Virus record (IMG/VR): IMGVR_UViG_2930248008_000005
Location: 1 to 64,000 of that record
Strand: one strand, 5' to 3'
Length of the DNA stretch: 64,000 nucleotides
Source: a virus
Lineage: Duplodnaviria > Caudoviricetes
This document shows, piece by piece, positions 39,251-48,235 of the stretch. The notes below the pieces were generated by a model. That model worked only from the letters and a program-made list of their open reading frames with translations. It searched no databases and was not told the origin of the DNA. A program made the translations under genes and the position numbers. Position 1 is the stretch's first letter, and every line of letters starts with the position of its first letter.

Positions 39251-39804
39251 GCTGCCTCCTCGGGGGCGTCGAGAACCTCGACCTGGACCGGGCCCTGGGA
39301 GTAGATGTCGCGCCGGCAGGCAATGTCGGCGGCACCCGCCACCGCGGCAGCCGTCGGCACGTCGGTGGCCAGGAAGGCGTCCAGCGCGCCAAGCGCGACC
39401 GCCTCACCGGAGCCGATCGCCGCGCGGCCGTCCAGGTGCGCCAGGGCGGTGTGGTGGTGCAGCGTCCAGAGCAGGCCGTTCCAGCCGAGCAGCAGATGGT
39501 TGTCCATCTGCCCGTCGTCGACGATGCCAGCCTCGACCGCGGCCTTCGTGATGACGCCAGCCAGCTCGTGCGCCCAAGCCTGATAGCTCTCGCTCTCATC
39601 CGGCGCAACCGGCAGCTTCAGCTTCGACAGGAAGCCCGACAAGCCCCAGTGGCCGGACAGTCCGAGCAGGACCTCGTCGTCGCCAGCGTCCAGGCGCAGG
39701 ATCTTCATGCCGAGTCCGACGACCGGCCGGTTGTAGAGCGTCAGGCAGCTGTCCGCCGCCATGAAGACCTTGCCGTCGACCGCAGCAGCGACCACCGTCG
39801 TCAC
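39247..39804 (-). CDS. HslV/proteasome-beta-like Ntn-hydrolase fold protein
   Basis: N-terminal TTVV...MAADS, MKI, AIGSG..VALGAL, D.YS.GP motifs. Confidence 0.75.
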   Translation of the reverse strand: MTTVVAAAVDGKVFMAADSCLTLYNRPVVGLGMKILRLDAGDDEVLLGLSGHWGLSGFLSKLKLPVAPDESESYQAWAHELAGVITKAAVEAGIVDDGQMDNHLLLGWNGLLWTLHHHTALAHLDGRAAIGSGEAVALGALDAFLATDVPTAAAVAGAADIACRRDIYSQGPVQVEVLDAPEEAA

Positions 39805-39825
39805 CGTACCTCCAGAGGCTCGGGA

Positions 39826-40128
39826 CTACAGCAGTCCGGGATGCTTGCCGACCGGTCGGCGCTCGCGCGGTCGCGCGGCAGCGCCCTCTCGGCCACTCTT
39901 CGAGCTGTGGTGTCCAGGGCAGAGCCACTGGAGGTTGTCGAGGGTGTGCAGGTCTCCGGCCTCGACGTGGTCGCAGTCTCGGCCAGCCAGCGGGCAGCGG
40001 CGACCGTCGTCGCCGACGTGCTCACATCGGCCGCCGGCGCGCTCACGCACCTCGGCCCGCAGCTGCTGCCAGTTCGGCGGCAGGCGCCGCCGGCGAGTGC
40101 TTCCCGCCCACTTCCCGGACACCGACAC
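39826..40128 (-). CDS. Packaging-associated HNH endonuclease
   Basis: W..LR..V.ERAGGRCE...DCDH......H.LDNLQWLC..HH..KS; near terminase. Confidence 0.88.
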   Translation of the reverse strand: MSVSGKWAGSTRRRRLPPNWQQLRAEVRERAGGRCEHVGDDGRRCPLAGRDCDHVEAGDLHTLDNLQWLCPGHHSSKSGREGAAARPRERRPVGKHPGLL

Positions 40129-40146
40129 CTCCTTGCCGGCGCGCGG

Positions 40147-40380
40147 TCAGCCGCGGTCGCCCTCCCCCTGGTCCTCGTGCACCTGGGAGGTAGTCAGGAA
40201 GTCGGCGGCCACGATCGTGATGGCCAGGCATGAGAGGAACAGCATCAGCTGCTCGAATGGAGCGAACTTGCCCTGGTACGACCAGACCCACCAGGCCGAC
40301 GCCGGCCAGCCGACGATCGACCCGATCAACAGCACCCAGGCGACCCGGGTGCGGATCCTCTTCGTTCGTGGCGACGTCAC
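40147..40380 (-). CDS. Small two-pass membrane protein
   Basis: Two hydrophobic helices; overlap coupling. Confidence 0.65.
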   Translation of the reverse strand: MTSPRTKRIRTRVAWVLLIGSIVGWPASAWWVWSYQGKFAPFEQLMLFLSCLAITIVAADFLTTSQVHEDQGEGDRG

Positions 40381-40748
40381 GCAGCGACCAGGGTGGAACG
40401 AGAACGCGGCGGGCGGGCTTCCTGCTGGGCCGCCCCAGTGCTCGGCGCCTGCCGCTCCTCGTGCGCGCGGACGCGGGAGGAAGAAGGAGTCGCTCGGAGC
40501 TGGGCTGCGGGCCTCGTGCCGCCTCGCCGCGAGTTCGGGTTGTGCGCGGTATCGCGCTCGGCGTCGAGGATGTCCCCGAGCCTGTAGAGCAGGTTGCCGT
40601 TCGCCAGCCGCTTCGTGGTCAGGAACTGGCGCTCTCCAGCGTCGTTCAGCCAGCCCCGAGCACGCCACTTGCCGATCGAATCGGGGCTCACGGCGGTCAC
40701 CATCGCGGCTTGGGCGCGGGTGACGAAGGCGTCCCGGTTGATCCGCAT
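40377..40748 (-). CDS. MerR/Xis-like HTH DNA-binding protein
   Basis: VTRAQAA....VSPDSIGKWRARG...LYRLGDILDAE; GGAGG RBS. Confidence 0.7.
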   Translation of the reverse strand: MRINRDAFVTRAQAAMVTAVSPDSIGKWRARGWLNDAGERQFLTTKRLANGNLLYRLGDILDAERDTAHNPNSRRGGTRPAAQLRATPSSSRVRAHEERQAPSTGAAQQEARPPRSRSTLVAA

Positions 40749-40945
40749 CAGTCACCTCCCATGGAAACACTGAAGCCCCAGACCACTGTTGGCCTGGGGC
40801 TTCGTGCGCCGTGTGGGTAGAGATCACCCGTGAGCACACGATGACACGAACCGGGCAGAAACGGCAACTGACACGGAAATTCGATCACCCAAAGTTTTCG
40901 AACCCGGACGCACCGCGAGGCCCAGAACGTACCGGTGCCGCGCGG

Positions 40946-40973
40946 CCCCGGGGGGGAGGGTACCCCCCCGGGG
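40946..40973. repeat. 11-bp G/C inverted repeat (possible packaging or genome-end signal)
   Basis: CCCCGGGGGGG-AGGGTA-CCCCCCCGGGG in the divergent non-coding block. Confidence 0.5.
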
Positions 40974-41306
40974 TATGGCGGGCAGGGTTGGGCATCGTCC
41001 GGCAGGCAGGTCGGCCGGGTCAATCGTCCGAACGGGGGACAGCGAAATTCATACGTTCGTCAGCGTGTCCGATTCGGGGGGATACGTGGGTATCTAGATA
41101 AACGTCTAAAAGGCCCTCAGAGCCACGCTGAACGACTTTCACGAGGTGGCCGGTATGGAGACATGCACGGAGTCAAGATCAATTCGATATCGGTAAATGT
41201 CCTCTAGCTATTGACTACCGGTCGGTAATGGTGTTCGATCGCGCGCCGCGCGCCGCGCACAACGCACACAAGACAACACAGTCTCAGGTCTGAAAAGGCG
41301 ATCCGA

Positions 41307-41416
41307 TTGTGTCAGGGGTTGTATCAACCGGGCCGCCCCGGGGTGGAGCTGGTTTGTGTCACCCGTTGTGGCAACCAACAGGGAGGGATCGGGTTTGTAT
41401 CAAGGTTTGTGTCAAC
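41307..41416 (+). promoter_or_regulatory. Three pairs of TTGTRTCA direct repeats (12-bp period), putative operators
   Basis: Half sites at 41307/41319, 41354/41366 (TTGTGGCA), 41395/41407, directly upstream of the first TTGACA. Confidence 0.6.
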
Positions 41417-41419
41417 TTT

Positions 41420-41756
41420 GAAAACCTGGGTTGACAGACTGGCGTACCGCATCGTTTACTACTTGCGCCCCGGGCAACCGGGGCCGGTCGGATCTTTCGA
41501 TTGGGCAGGCCGAAAACTCAGGTTGACAGCTAGCTCGAACGGGTGAGAGGATCGAATCCCCCGGGAAACCGGGGGCGGTCGGATCTTCCGATTGGGCAGG
41601 CTGAAAACTCAGGTTGACAGCTAGCTCGAACGGGTGAGAGGATCGAATCCCCCGGGAAACCGGGGGCGGTCGGATCTTCCGATTGGGCAGGCTGAAAACT
41701 CAGGTTGACAGCTAGCTCGAACGGGTGAGAGGATCGAATCCCCCGGGGAACCGGGG
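41420..41756 (+). promoter_or_regulatory. Four tandem housekeeping-sigma promoters
   Basis: TTGACA at 41431, 41523, 41614, 41705; 18-bp spacer to TTTACT (first) or TG-a-GAGGAT (other three); each followed by a CCCCGG-loop-CCGGGG hairpin. Confidence 0.75.
41485..41756 (+). repeat. 91-bp tandem repeat, three near-identical copies
   Basis: Unit CGGTCGGATCTTYCGATTGGGCAGGCYGAAAACTCAGGTTGACAGCTAGCTCGAACGGGTGAGAGGATCGAATCCCCCGGG... starting 41485, 41576, 41667. Confidence 0.95.
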
Positions 41757-41806
41757 CGACCCCCCTGGGGGAGCCGTTTCGGCGGTGACCCTGGATGGTG
41801 TGTCGT

Positions 41807-41824
41807 TGTTTGTTGAGAACTCAA
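41807..41824 (+). promoter_or_regulatory. boxA-like antitermination site of rRNA-leader type
   Basis: TGTTTGTTGAGAACTCAA resembles the TTGAGAACTCAA conserved leader of actinobacterial rrn operons; ~70 nt after the last promoter. Confidence 0.65.
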
Positions 41825-42740
41825 GAGCAGTGGCTGCGTTCCCCGCTTTGCGACGGGGGAACTAGATTGCCAGAGCTGAACGGCCCGGGGTGCTATTGCC
41901 CGGGTGGAGACAGGGCCACCCCGTTAGGGGTGAGGGACCCTGTGGCCTGTTCAGACACCGTGACTAGGCACGTTGTGCTAGGCAACGTCACGAACCATTC
42001 CCCCGGGGCGGAACCGGGGGAGCGACCGGCCGGTGAGATGGCGGGGTGCGTTAATGGGACCTTAGTAGGTGCATTATGCCGAACGGTACTCCCTGTATCC
42101 CTATATCCGGCACGGCGCGCGGAAGATAGAACCTGCTACCCGGTTAGACCCGGCGCGCGTAATCGCGTGGGATGGCTATCAACGTATGGGATAGATGACG
42201 GATCAAGAGACACGCACACGTAACGGCGGATACCGAACAATCAGAACGGCGCGGGTAACCGTGCGCGGGATTGTTTCGGGCGTGGAAGCCATGGCTGCAA
42301 CGTTACCGGTCGGGGGGAGTGAATGATGGGGGGAATTATACCCCGGTGGAGGCATGCGCAATTGCCATAGACGATTGCGGGATAATGCTGAAACACAAGT
42401 CGCACGGATTAATCCACGTAATAGGATTGTCTCTTCAGTGAACAAATCCGCTTAGCATGCGGGAGCATTCAAAGACAGTACCGGAGTCTGTCGGACTATC
42501 CATCCGACGGGCAAAGGCTGGCACGAGCGTGAACGCATGCGGCGCGGGCGCAAGTCTGTCCGCCACCCGGGCCGTGTCTTCCTGGCACGGATTCCCCCGG
42601 GTGGCGTACGGGATAAATCTGATCCCACCCGGGACCGTTGCCAACCTGGCACGGTCCCGGGTGGCGTTCGGTACGCGATTTGTGGAGACGGTGCCGGGTG
42701 GTCTGGCTCAATCGGCCATCCGGCACCGTGCCTATACCTC
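41825..42740 (+). ncRNA. Candidate large structured non-coding RNA or leader; boundaries approximate
   Basis: Low GC, no ORF with phage-like codon usage, dense nested inverted repeats, directly downstream of promoters and boxA. Confidence 0.5.
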
Positions 42741-42765
42741 ACGTAACGAACACAAGGGGTGCATC

Positions 42766-43143
42766 ATGCGCGCTGACATCCTCAAGCCGGGCCTGGTAAT
42801 CGACGGCGTCCGGATTCGGTCCCGGGTTCCGTTCGTGCAGAACCGGGCCAAGATGATCCGCGTGGTCATGGAAGACAGGACCACGCGCACCTTTCTGGCC
42901 TCCGCCGAAGTGACGGTCGGTGGGCCGCGTCAGGAGTGGTTCCCGGCCGGTCCGGTCCGGGAGAAGGATCACCGCAGCCCGCAGCCGAACCGGAAGCCTC
43001 GCGCGTCCGACGGCCGGTGGGAGGGCGAGTCGGGCGGGTTCCACGTGACCATGGTCAGCCGGATCTCCGCGTACGACCTGACCGGGCGGCAGCTTGCCCG
43101 GTCCGCGCAGGGTCCGTCCGGTCGCCGCTACAGCAGGCGCTGA
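42766..43143 (+). CDS. Hypothetical protein, first gene of the array
   Basis: AAGGGG RBS; its stop is the start of the first repeat. Confidence 0.7.
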   Translation: MRADILKPGLVIDGVRIRSRVPFVQNRAKMIRVVMEDRTTRTFLASAEVTVGGPRQEWFPAGPVREKDHRSPQPNRKPRASDGRWEGESGGFHVTMVSRISAYDLTGRQLARSAQGPSGRRYSRR

Positions 43144-43230
43144 CCCTCCGTGCACCCCTGATGGTGTGCCGGCCCGCTCGCGGTCCGGTCGCCGTCACCT
43201 GCTGCACGGCAGGAGAATCGAGGGATCATC

Positions 43231-43623
43231 ATGCGCGGAATCGGTCAGCACATGCTTCCGGCGGCGACTCAGCCGGAGCCGGCCGACAACACGAGCATGT
43301 ACGTCTACGCCCAGGTGGAGGAGTGGCAGCGGAGCTGCCTGCCCGTACACCCGGAGATCGCCCGCGAGATCGCGGCGTGGTGGCACGCCCCCGCGCCGCA
43401 CTACGCCGGCCTGACGGCGTTCGCCAGCACCGGGACCCTACTCCAGCGCGAGTGGGAGCCGGAGGACGAGCCGACCCGGGTCGAGCGCGAGCGGCCCGTG
43501 ATCCTGGACGAGATCGACCGGGAGATCGGGACGGAGGACATGTACCGGCCGGAGATCACGCCGCTGTGGGCGCTGCGCCACTACGTGCAGAACGCCTGCC
43601 GCGCCGCCGGGTGGGCGTACTGA
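43231..43623 (+). CDS. Array gene, hypothetical
   Basis: Fills the space exactly between two family A repeats. Confidence 0.8.
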   Translation: MRGIGQHMLPAATQPEPADNTSMYVYAQVEEWQRSCLPVHPEIAREIAAWWHAPAPHYAGLTAFASTGTLLQREWEPEDEPTRVERERPVILDEIDREIGTEDMYRPEITPLWALRHYVQNACRAAGWAY

Positions 43624-43730
43624 CCGTGTGCTGACGGTGGGGCACCGTGCCCCGGTCGCGAACGATGCGGCCGGCCGGACCGGTGCCACCGCCACCTGCC
43701 GCACGGGCAGGAGACTGGCGAGGTGAAAAC

Positions 43731-44099
43731 ATGGGCGCTCGGACCATCACCGAGGAGACCATCGGCGGCCTGTTCAACGAGGGCAAGCTGACCCCCCTGG
43801 AGTTCGGCCTGCGGTGGGTGGAGGTGCGCCAGTACGGCGACTGCCACCCGTCGGAACTGACCCCCTGCAAGCACGACGACGAGACCAACACGGTCACCGT
43901 GTCGGTCTACCACGTCTACGGGGAGCAGCGGCTCGGCCAGCCCTGGTCGGAGTACACCTGCCCGAACGTCTGGGCTACGGGTGGCGACGTCGAGGGCATC
44001 GGCGGCGAGTACGTGAACGGTGGCACGTTCAGCTACCTGGGCGACGACCGGGAGCTGTGCGACCGGATCTACCGGCGGGCGGCCGAGGTCGCGGACTGA
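43731..44099 (+). CDS. Array gene, hypothetical
   Basis: Between repeats; RBS in repeat. Confidence 0.8.
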   Translation: MGARTITEETIGGLFNEGKLTPLEFGLRWVEVRQYGDCHPSELTPCKHDDETNTVTVSVYHVYGEQRLGQPWSEYTCPNVWATGGDVEGIGGEYVNGGTFSYLGDDRELCDRIYRRAAEVAD

Positions 44100-44178
44100 C
44101 CGTGCGAGTGATGGTGGGAGCCGGGCGCGCCCCGGCTCTCCGCCACCGTCGCATGGCGGAGAAAGCGAGGGACGAGTC

Positions 44179-44547
44179 ATGTCCGTCACGATCAACCTGT
44201 CCGACATCCTCTGCGTCACCTGCGGGCAGTCGCCAGAGGAGGGCGCGCCGCGCAAGATTGGCGAGTGGGACGATGCCGGGCACACCGACAGCGCCCACCA
44301 CCCGGCCTGGTCCCAGCGGTCGTTCCCGGGCAGCATCTGGGCCGCGCACCCGCAGCAGGCGCTGTGGTACGGGGAGGTCGTCGTGGCCAAGCCGGGCGAG
44401 GACACCGACTACTTCTACGGCTACGCGGACTGCGAGTACGAGCCGTCCGTGGACGAGCTGGTGCCAGCCGGGTGGGAGGTCCTGGAGTCCAAGGTCAAGC
44501 CCACCCCGAATAACCCGGCCTGGGAGCCGGAGCCGGAGCAGGACTGA
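44179..44547 (+). CDS. Array gene, acidic hypothetical
   Basis: Between repeats. Confidence 0.8.
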   Translation: MSVTINLSDILCVTCGQSPEEGAPRKIGEWDDAGHTDSAHHPAWSQRSFPGSIWAAHPQQALWYGEVVVAKPGEDTDYFYGYADCEYEPSVDELVPAGWEVLESKVKPTPNNPAWEPEPEQD

Positions 44548-44626
44548 CCGTGCATCGATGGTGGGGCACCGACTGCGCGTCGGTGCCGCCGCCACCCGTG
44601 CATGGCGGGAGGAAGTGAGGGCAATC

Positions 44627-44809
44627 ATGCCCGACGGCAACCTGTACGACGCGCTGAAGGCCATCGAGCGGTGCGACCCGGACGGCGGGGAGCGTCAGCC
44701 CACCGAGGCGGACTATGTCGCACACGAGCGGTGGGCCGTCCAGACGTTCGGGCAGAGCGTCTGGGACACGTACCGGCGGGGCGGCTGGGGCGAACCCAGC
44801 TACGCCTGA
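44627..44809 (+). CDS. Array gene, 60 aa hypothetical
   Basis: Between repeats. Confidence 0.75.
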   Translation: MPDGNLYDALKAIERCDPDGGERQPTEADYVAHERWAVQTFGQSVWDTYRRGGWGEPSYA

Positions 44810-44887
44810 CCGTGCGGGTGATGGTGCGGCATCGGGTGTGCCCGGTGCCGTGCCACCGTCGCATGGCGGAGAGACGAGGTGGAGACC

Positions 44888-45457
44888 ATGGGTGGCAAGC
44901 TGCACGAGAACCCGCACGTCGAGCGGGTGCTGGTCGCGCTGGACACGGCGCGCCGGGAGGCGAACCTGGCGGGTCATCCGTACGACATCGGGTTCACTGG
45001 TGTGGACGAGCCGTACGGGATGATCGAGCGGGCGCTGAAGCGCACGCTGACCCACGCCTTCCCGGACGTGGACGCGGACGCGGTCTACCACGCGCTGATC
45101 GACTCCGGCGAGGACATCGGGTACTGCGTGGACGCGCTGCGCCGGGAGAAGGCGGACCGGGCCAAGCTGCTCGACCCCTACCGGGAGTACGAGCGGCCGG
45201 CGGAGTCCGGGCGCTACGGCGCGCGGATGTGGGAGCTGCCGAACGGGTGGGGCGTGTCCCTGGTGCCGTACGCCCGTCACGACGAGGAAGCGGAGCGGCA
45301 CGCCATCGCGCGGGAGGACTTCGGGATGGCGATCGGGGCGTTCGTAGGCGGCGGGTTCGTGATCGACAACGAGCGGTCGGCGACCATCGCGCGGGTGGGC
45401 GGCCTGGACTTCGTCGAGACCATCCTGTCCGACACGATGGAGCTGCCGCCGCGCTGA
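44888..45457 (+). CDS. Array gene, hypothetical
   Basis: Between repeats. Confidence 0.8.
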   Translation: MGGKLHENPHVERVLVALDTARREANLAGHPYDIGFTGVDEPYGMIERALKRTLTHAFPDVDADAVYHALIDSGEDIGYCVDALRREKADRAKLLDPYREYERPAESGRYGARMWELPNGWGVSLVPYARHDEEAERHAIAREDFGMAIGAFVGGGFVIDNERSATIARVGGLDFVETILSDTMELPPR

Positions 45458-45536
45458 CCGCGTGTGGATGGTGCTGGCCGGGCGAGAGTCCGGCCGGTGC
45501 CACCTGCCGCGCGGGCAGGAGATTGGCGAGGTTGAC

Positions 45537-45962
45537 ATGACCACGACGACGGCCGTCAGGCACTGGCACGTGGCAACGGGCCTGGTGGGCTACGGCCCGG
45601 ACGGGGCGGACGGGTACGGCACGGCGATCGAGCTGACCGACGTGGCGGACCTGATCCGCGACGAGCTGCGGCAGGCTGCCGACTCCGAGGACGAGGGGTC
45701 CCGGAGCGAGGCCGAAGCCGCGGACTTCTCGGAGGCGTGGAAGCTCAAGACGCGCGCCGAGCACCTGTCGATCCTGGCGGAGACGTTCAGCAACGACCGG
45801 GCCAACGCGCCGCTGTACGCCGGAAAGCCGGAGATGTGGGCGGACACGATCGAGACACTGATCCGGCAGCACTTCCCGCTGGACATCAGCGACCGCTCCC
45901 GGTTGTACGTGTGGCCGTGTGCGGAGCCGGGCTGCGAGCACCTGGCCGACCTGGAGCGGTGA
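45537..45962 (+). CDS. Array gene, acidic hypothetical
   Basis: Between repeats. Confidence 0.8.
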   Translation: MTTTTAVRHWHVATGLVGYGPDGADGYGTAIELTDVADLIRDELRQAADSEDEGSRSEAEAADFSEAWKLKTRAEHLSILAETFSNDRANAPLYAGKPEMWADTIETLIRQHFPLDISDRSRLYVWPCAEPGCEHLADLER

Positions 45963-46052
45963 CCTTCGGCGTGCGCTGACGGTGCCGGCCGGACCGACGC
46001 GGTCCGGCCGGTCGCCGCCCGCTACACGGCGGGAGATTGACGAGGTCACCCG

Positions 46053-46433
46053 GTGAACATCGCCGAGACGAGGGAAGAGATCCGCGCGCAGGTCGCGGAG
46101 CACCTGACCATGTGGGCGGGCAAGTGCATGTCGATCGAGGTCGGGGGGCTGTCCCTCGAACTCGCGCCGAGGGTTGGCGGACACATCGAGATCAGCCGCT
46201 TCGTGGTGCCGCGCGCCATGCGCGGCGAGGGGGTCGGCACGGCCGTCATGTGGTCCGTGGCGGCCTGGGCGGACCGGATGGGGTACACCCTGACCCTGAC
46301 GCCGTCGAAGGGCTTCGGCGCGACCTCCGTGGCGCGCCTGGAGAAGTTCTACGGGCGGCACGGGTTCATCAGGAACCGGGGCCGGTACGCGGATCTCACG
46401 ATCAGTGAGGCCATGCGCCGCGTGCCGCGCTGA
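46053..46433 (+). CDS. GNAT-family acetyltransferase
   Basis: VVPRAMRGEGVGTAVM acetyl-CoA motif; LEKFYGRHGF. Confidence 0.82.
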   Translation: MNIAETREEIRAQVAEHLTMWAGKCMSIEVGGLSLELAPRVGGHIEISRFVVPRAMRGEGVGTAVMWSVAAWADRMGYTLTLTPSKGFGATSVARLEKFYGRHGFIRNRGRYADLTISEAMRRVPR

Positions 46434-46512
46434 CCGTGCGCACCTGGTGCGGGCCGGGCGGAAGTCCGGCCCGTGCCACCTGCCGCGCGGCAGGAGATTG
46501 GCGAAGATCATC

Positions 46513-46878
46513 ATGTGTGAGCAGGACATCGTCGACGCCTTCAACAAGGTCGCGGACAATTACCCAGGCGGGGAGCTGTACCGGCGGCTGACCGAGGCGT
46601 CGCGCAGGGCCGTGCTGGAGGGCATGGCCACCGGCTTGACGCTGGACGACTACCGGAAGGCGAAGGAGGGGCGCGGCGACCTCCGGGAGTACGCCGACGT
46701 GGTTGGCATCTACGTCCGGGACGAGCTGCGCGAGTACATCGACGAGGTGCTGCCAGCCAACGCGCTGCGGGACATCCTGTTGAAGCTGCTCGACCTGGAT
46801 GACCGGAGCGTGTCGCTGGCGCTCGGGCAGCACTACCTGCCGGACCCCGACGACATCGACGCCGGGGCGCTGGTCTGA
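46513..46878 (+). CDS. Array gene, acidic helical hypothetical
   Basis: Between repeats. Confidence 0.8.
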   Translation: MCEQDIVDAFNKVADNYPGGELYRRLTEASRRAVLEGMATGLTLDDYRKAKEGRGDLREYADVVGIYVRDELREYIDEVLPANALRDILLKLLDLDDRSVSLALGQHYLPDPDDIDAGALV

Positions 46879-46959
46879 CCGTGCGCACCTGGCGCGGGCC
46901 GGGCTATCGTCCGGCCCGTCGCCACCTGCCGCGCGGGCAGGGATTGACGAGGGAGGGCC

Positions 46960-47091
46960 ATGTTTCCAGGAGCGTATGCCTCGGTGGAACGCAACGAGGC
47001 TGGGGAGCCGATCGGGTGGGACTACCCGTCCTACGACGAGCCATACGACCCGGACGACTACCTACCGCAGGACGACGAGGACGAGGACTGA
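46960..47091 (+). CDS. Array gene, 43 aa very acidic peptide (absent from the ORF track)
   Basis: MFPGAYASVERNEAGEPIGWDYPSYDEPYDPDDYLPQDDEDED, exactly between two repeats. Confidence 0.7.
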   Translation: MFPGAYASVERNEAGEPIGWDYPSYDEPYDPDDYLPQDDEDED

Positions 47092-47168
47092 CCGTGCGCC
47101 GATGATCCTGGCCGGGCTGCTGTCCGGCCGGGGTCACCGCTGCATGGCGGAGAGAGTGAGGAACGGAC

Positions 47169-47735
47169 ATGCACATCACGTCGCGTGACTTGACGAACCT
47201 GATCGAGGACGTGAGCCGTGGGAAGCTGACGCCGGCCGAGGGGCATCGGGGGTCGAGCTGGGCGTACCGCGAGGTGATCGACCTGGCGAACTCGGTCCTG
47301 ACGGGCGCGCCGATCGGTGCGGTCGTCATCGACTACGAGCGACGGCACCTGATCGACGGGCGCGAGCGACTGATGACGCTCGCCGCCATGTTCCTGCCGG
47401 CCGACGAGCGCCCGGCAATGCCCGTGGACGGCAGCGCGCCGCACCTGGTGGTGCGCGGGCTCGCCGAGGGTGACGGGTTCGAGGTGCTCATGGTGCGGGA
47501 GGAAGACCGGGAGCCGGCCGACCTGCCGCTATCCTGCCTGCTGCGCACGAGGCGGTTCCTCGCGTGGGAGCGGGCCGTAGACGGCGCGCACCCCGAGCAG
47601 GCGACAGGCATCAAGCGGCGCGGCGGGCGGCTCGCGCAGCGCCTGCACACGGCCAAGGTGGCCGTGATCGAGCTGGACGCCGAGGTGAGCCCGGACCGGG
47701 TCGCGCGGTTGGTGAACCGGCACCGGATCGGCTGA
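47169..47735 (+). CDS. DUF262/GmrS (ParB-Srx fold)-like protein, divergent
   Basis: W......LANSVLTGAPIG...LIDGRERLMTL resembles DSI..G.PIG / IDGQQRLTT. Confidence 0.7.
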   Translation: MHITSRDLTNLIEDVSRGKLTPAEGHRGSSWAYREVIDLANSVLTGAPIGAVVIDYERRHLIDGRERLMTLAAMFLPADERPAMPVDGSAPHLVVRGLAEGDGFEVLMVREEDREPADLPLSCLLRTRRFLAWERAVDGAHPEQATGIKRRGGRLAQRLHTAKVAVIELDAEVSPDRVARLVNRHRIG

Positions 47736-47812
47736 CCGTGCGCTGATGGTGCTCGCCCGGCTTCGGCCGGGCGGGTGCCACCGCCGCACGGCGGAGGAAG
47801 TGAGGCGCTGAG

Positions 47813-48169
47813 ATGGCGCGGATTACCGACGAGATGGTCAGCGAGATGAACGACCGGATCGCGCAGGCCCCGACGACCGCGCAGGCGTTCCGGCTTGCGA
47901 TGGGCGTCAGCGACAGGATGCTGTGGCTGCTGCTCGACCTGAACCACATCAACCAGGACGAGGTCGGGTTGGGCAGGGGTGGGCGCGAGGCACTCGCGGT
48001 GGAGGCGCACGGCTGGCACCTGTACTACCGGGACGACGACACGCCGGCTGACGGGTACGGTCCGTGCGAGCTGGGCGGGTTCGAGGCGCACAGCCTGCGG
48101 CCGTGGGAGTGCCGGGGATGCAAGCGGCGCCCCATTGACCACCGGCGGGTGCCGGTGGCCGTGCGCTGA
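47813..48169 (+). CDS. Array gene, hypothetical with Cys/His C-terminus
   Basis: Between repeats; ends at the internal TGA of the repeat. Confidence 0.75.
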   Translation: MARITDEMVSEMNDRIAQAPTTAQAFRLAMGVSDRMLWLLLDLNHINQDEVGLGRGGREALAVEAHGWHLYYRDDDTPADGYGPCELGGFEAHSLRPWECRGCKRRPIDHRRVPVAVR

Positions 48170-48235
48170 TGATCCTGGCCGGGCGCGAGTCCGGCCGGGG
48201 TCACCGCTGCATGGCGGAGGAAGTGAGGGCTGACC

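Noticed and set aside
41523-41536. TTGACAGCTAGCTC matches the start of synthetic Anderson (J23-series) promoters
   Set aside because: The match stops after 14 nt, the context is a natural 91-bp repeat with a diverged fourth copy, and no vector sequence is present
41485-41756. 91-bp repeat as CRISPR or tRNA cluster
   Set aside because: No unique spacers and no cloverleaf or T-loop; promoter motifs explain it better
41825-42740. rRNA gene or fragment after the rrn-like promoters and boxA
   Set aside because: No universally conserved 16S, 23S or 5S motifs recognised
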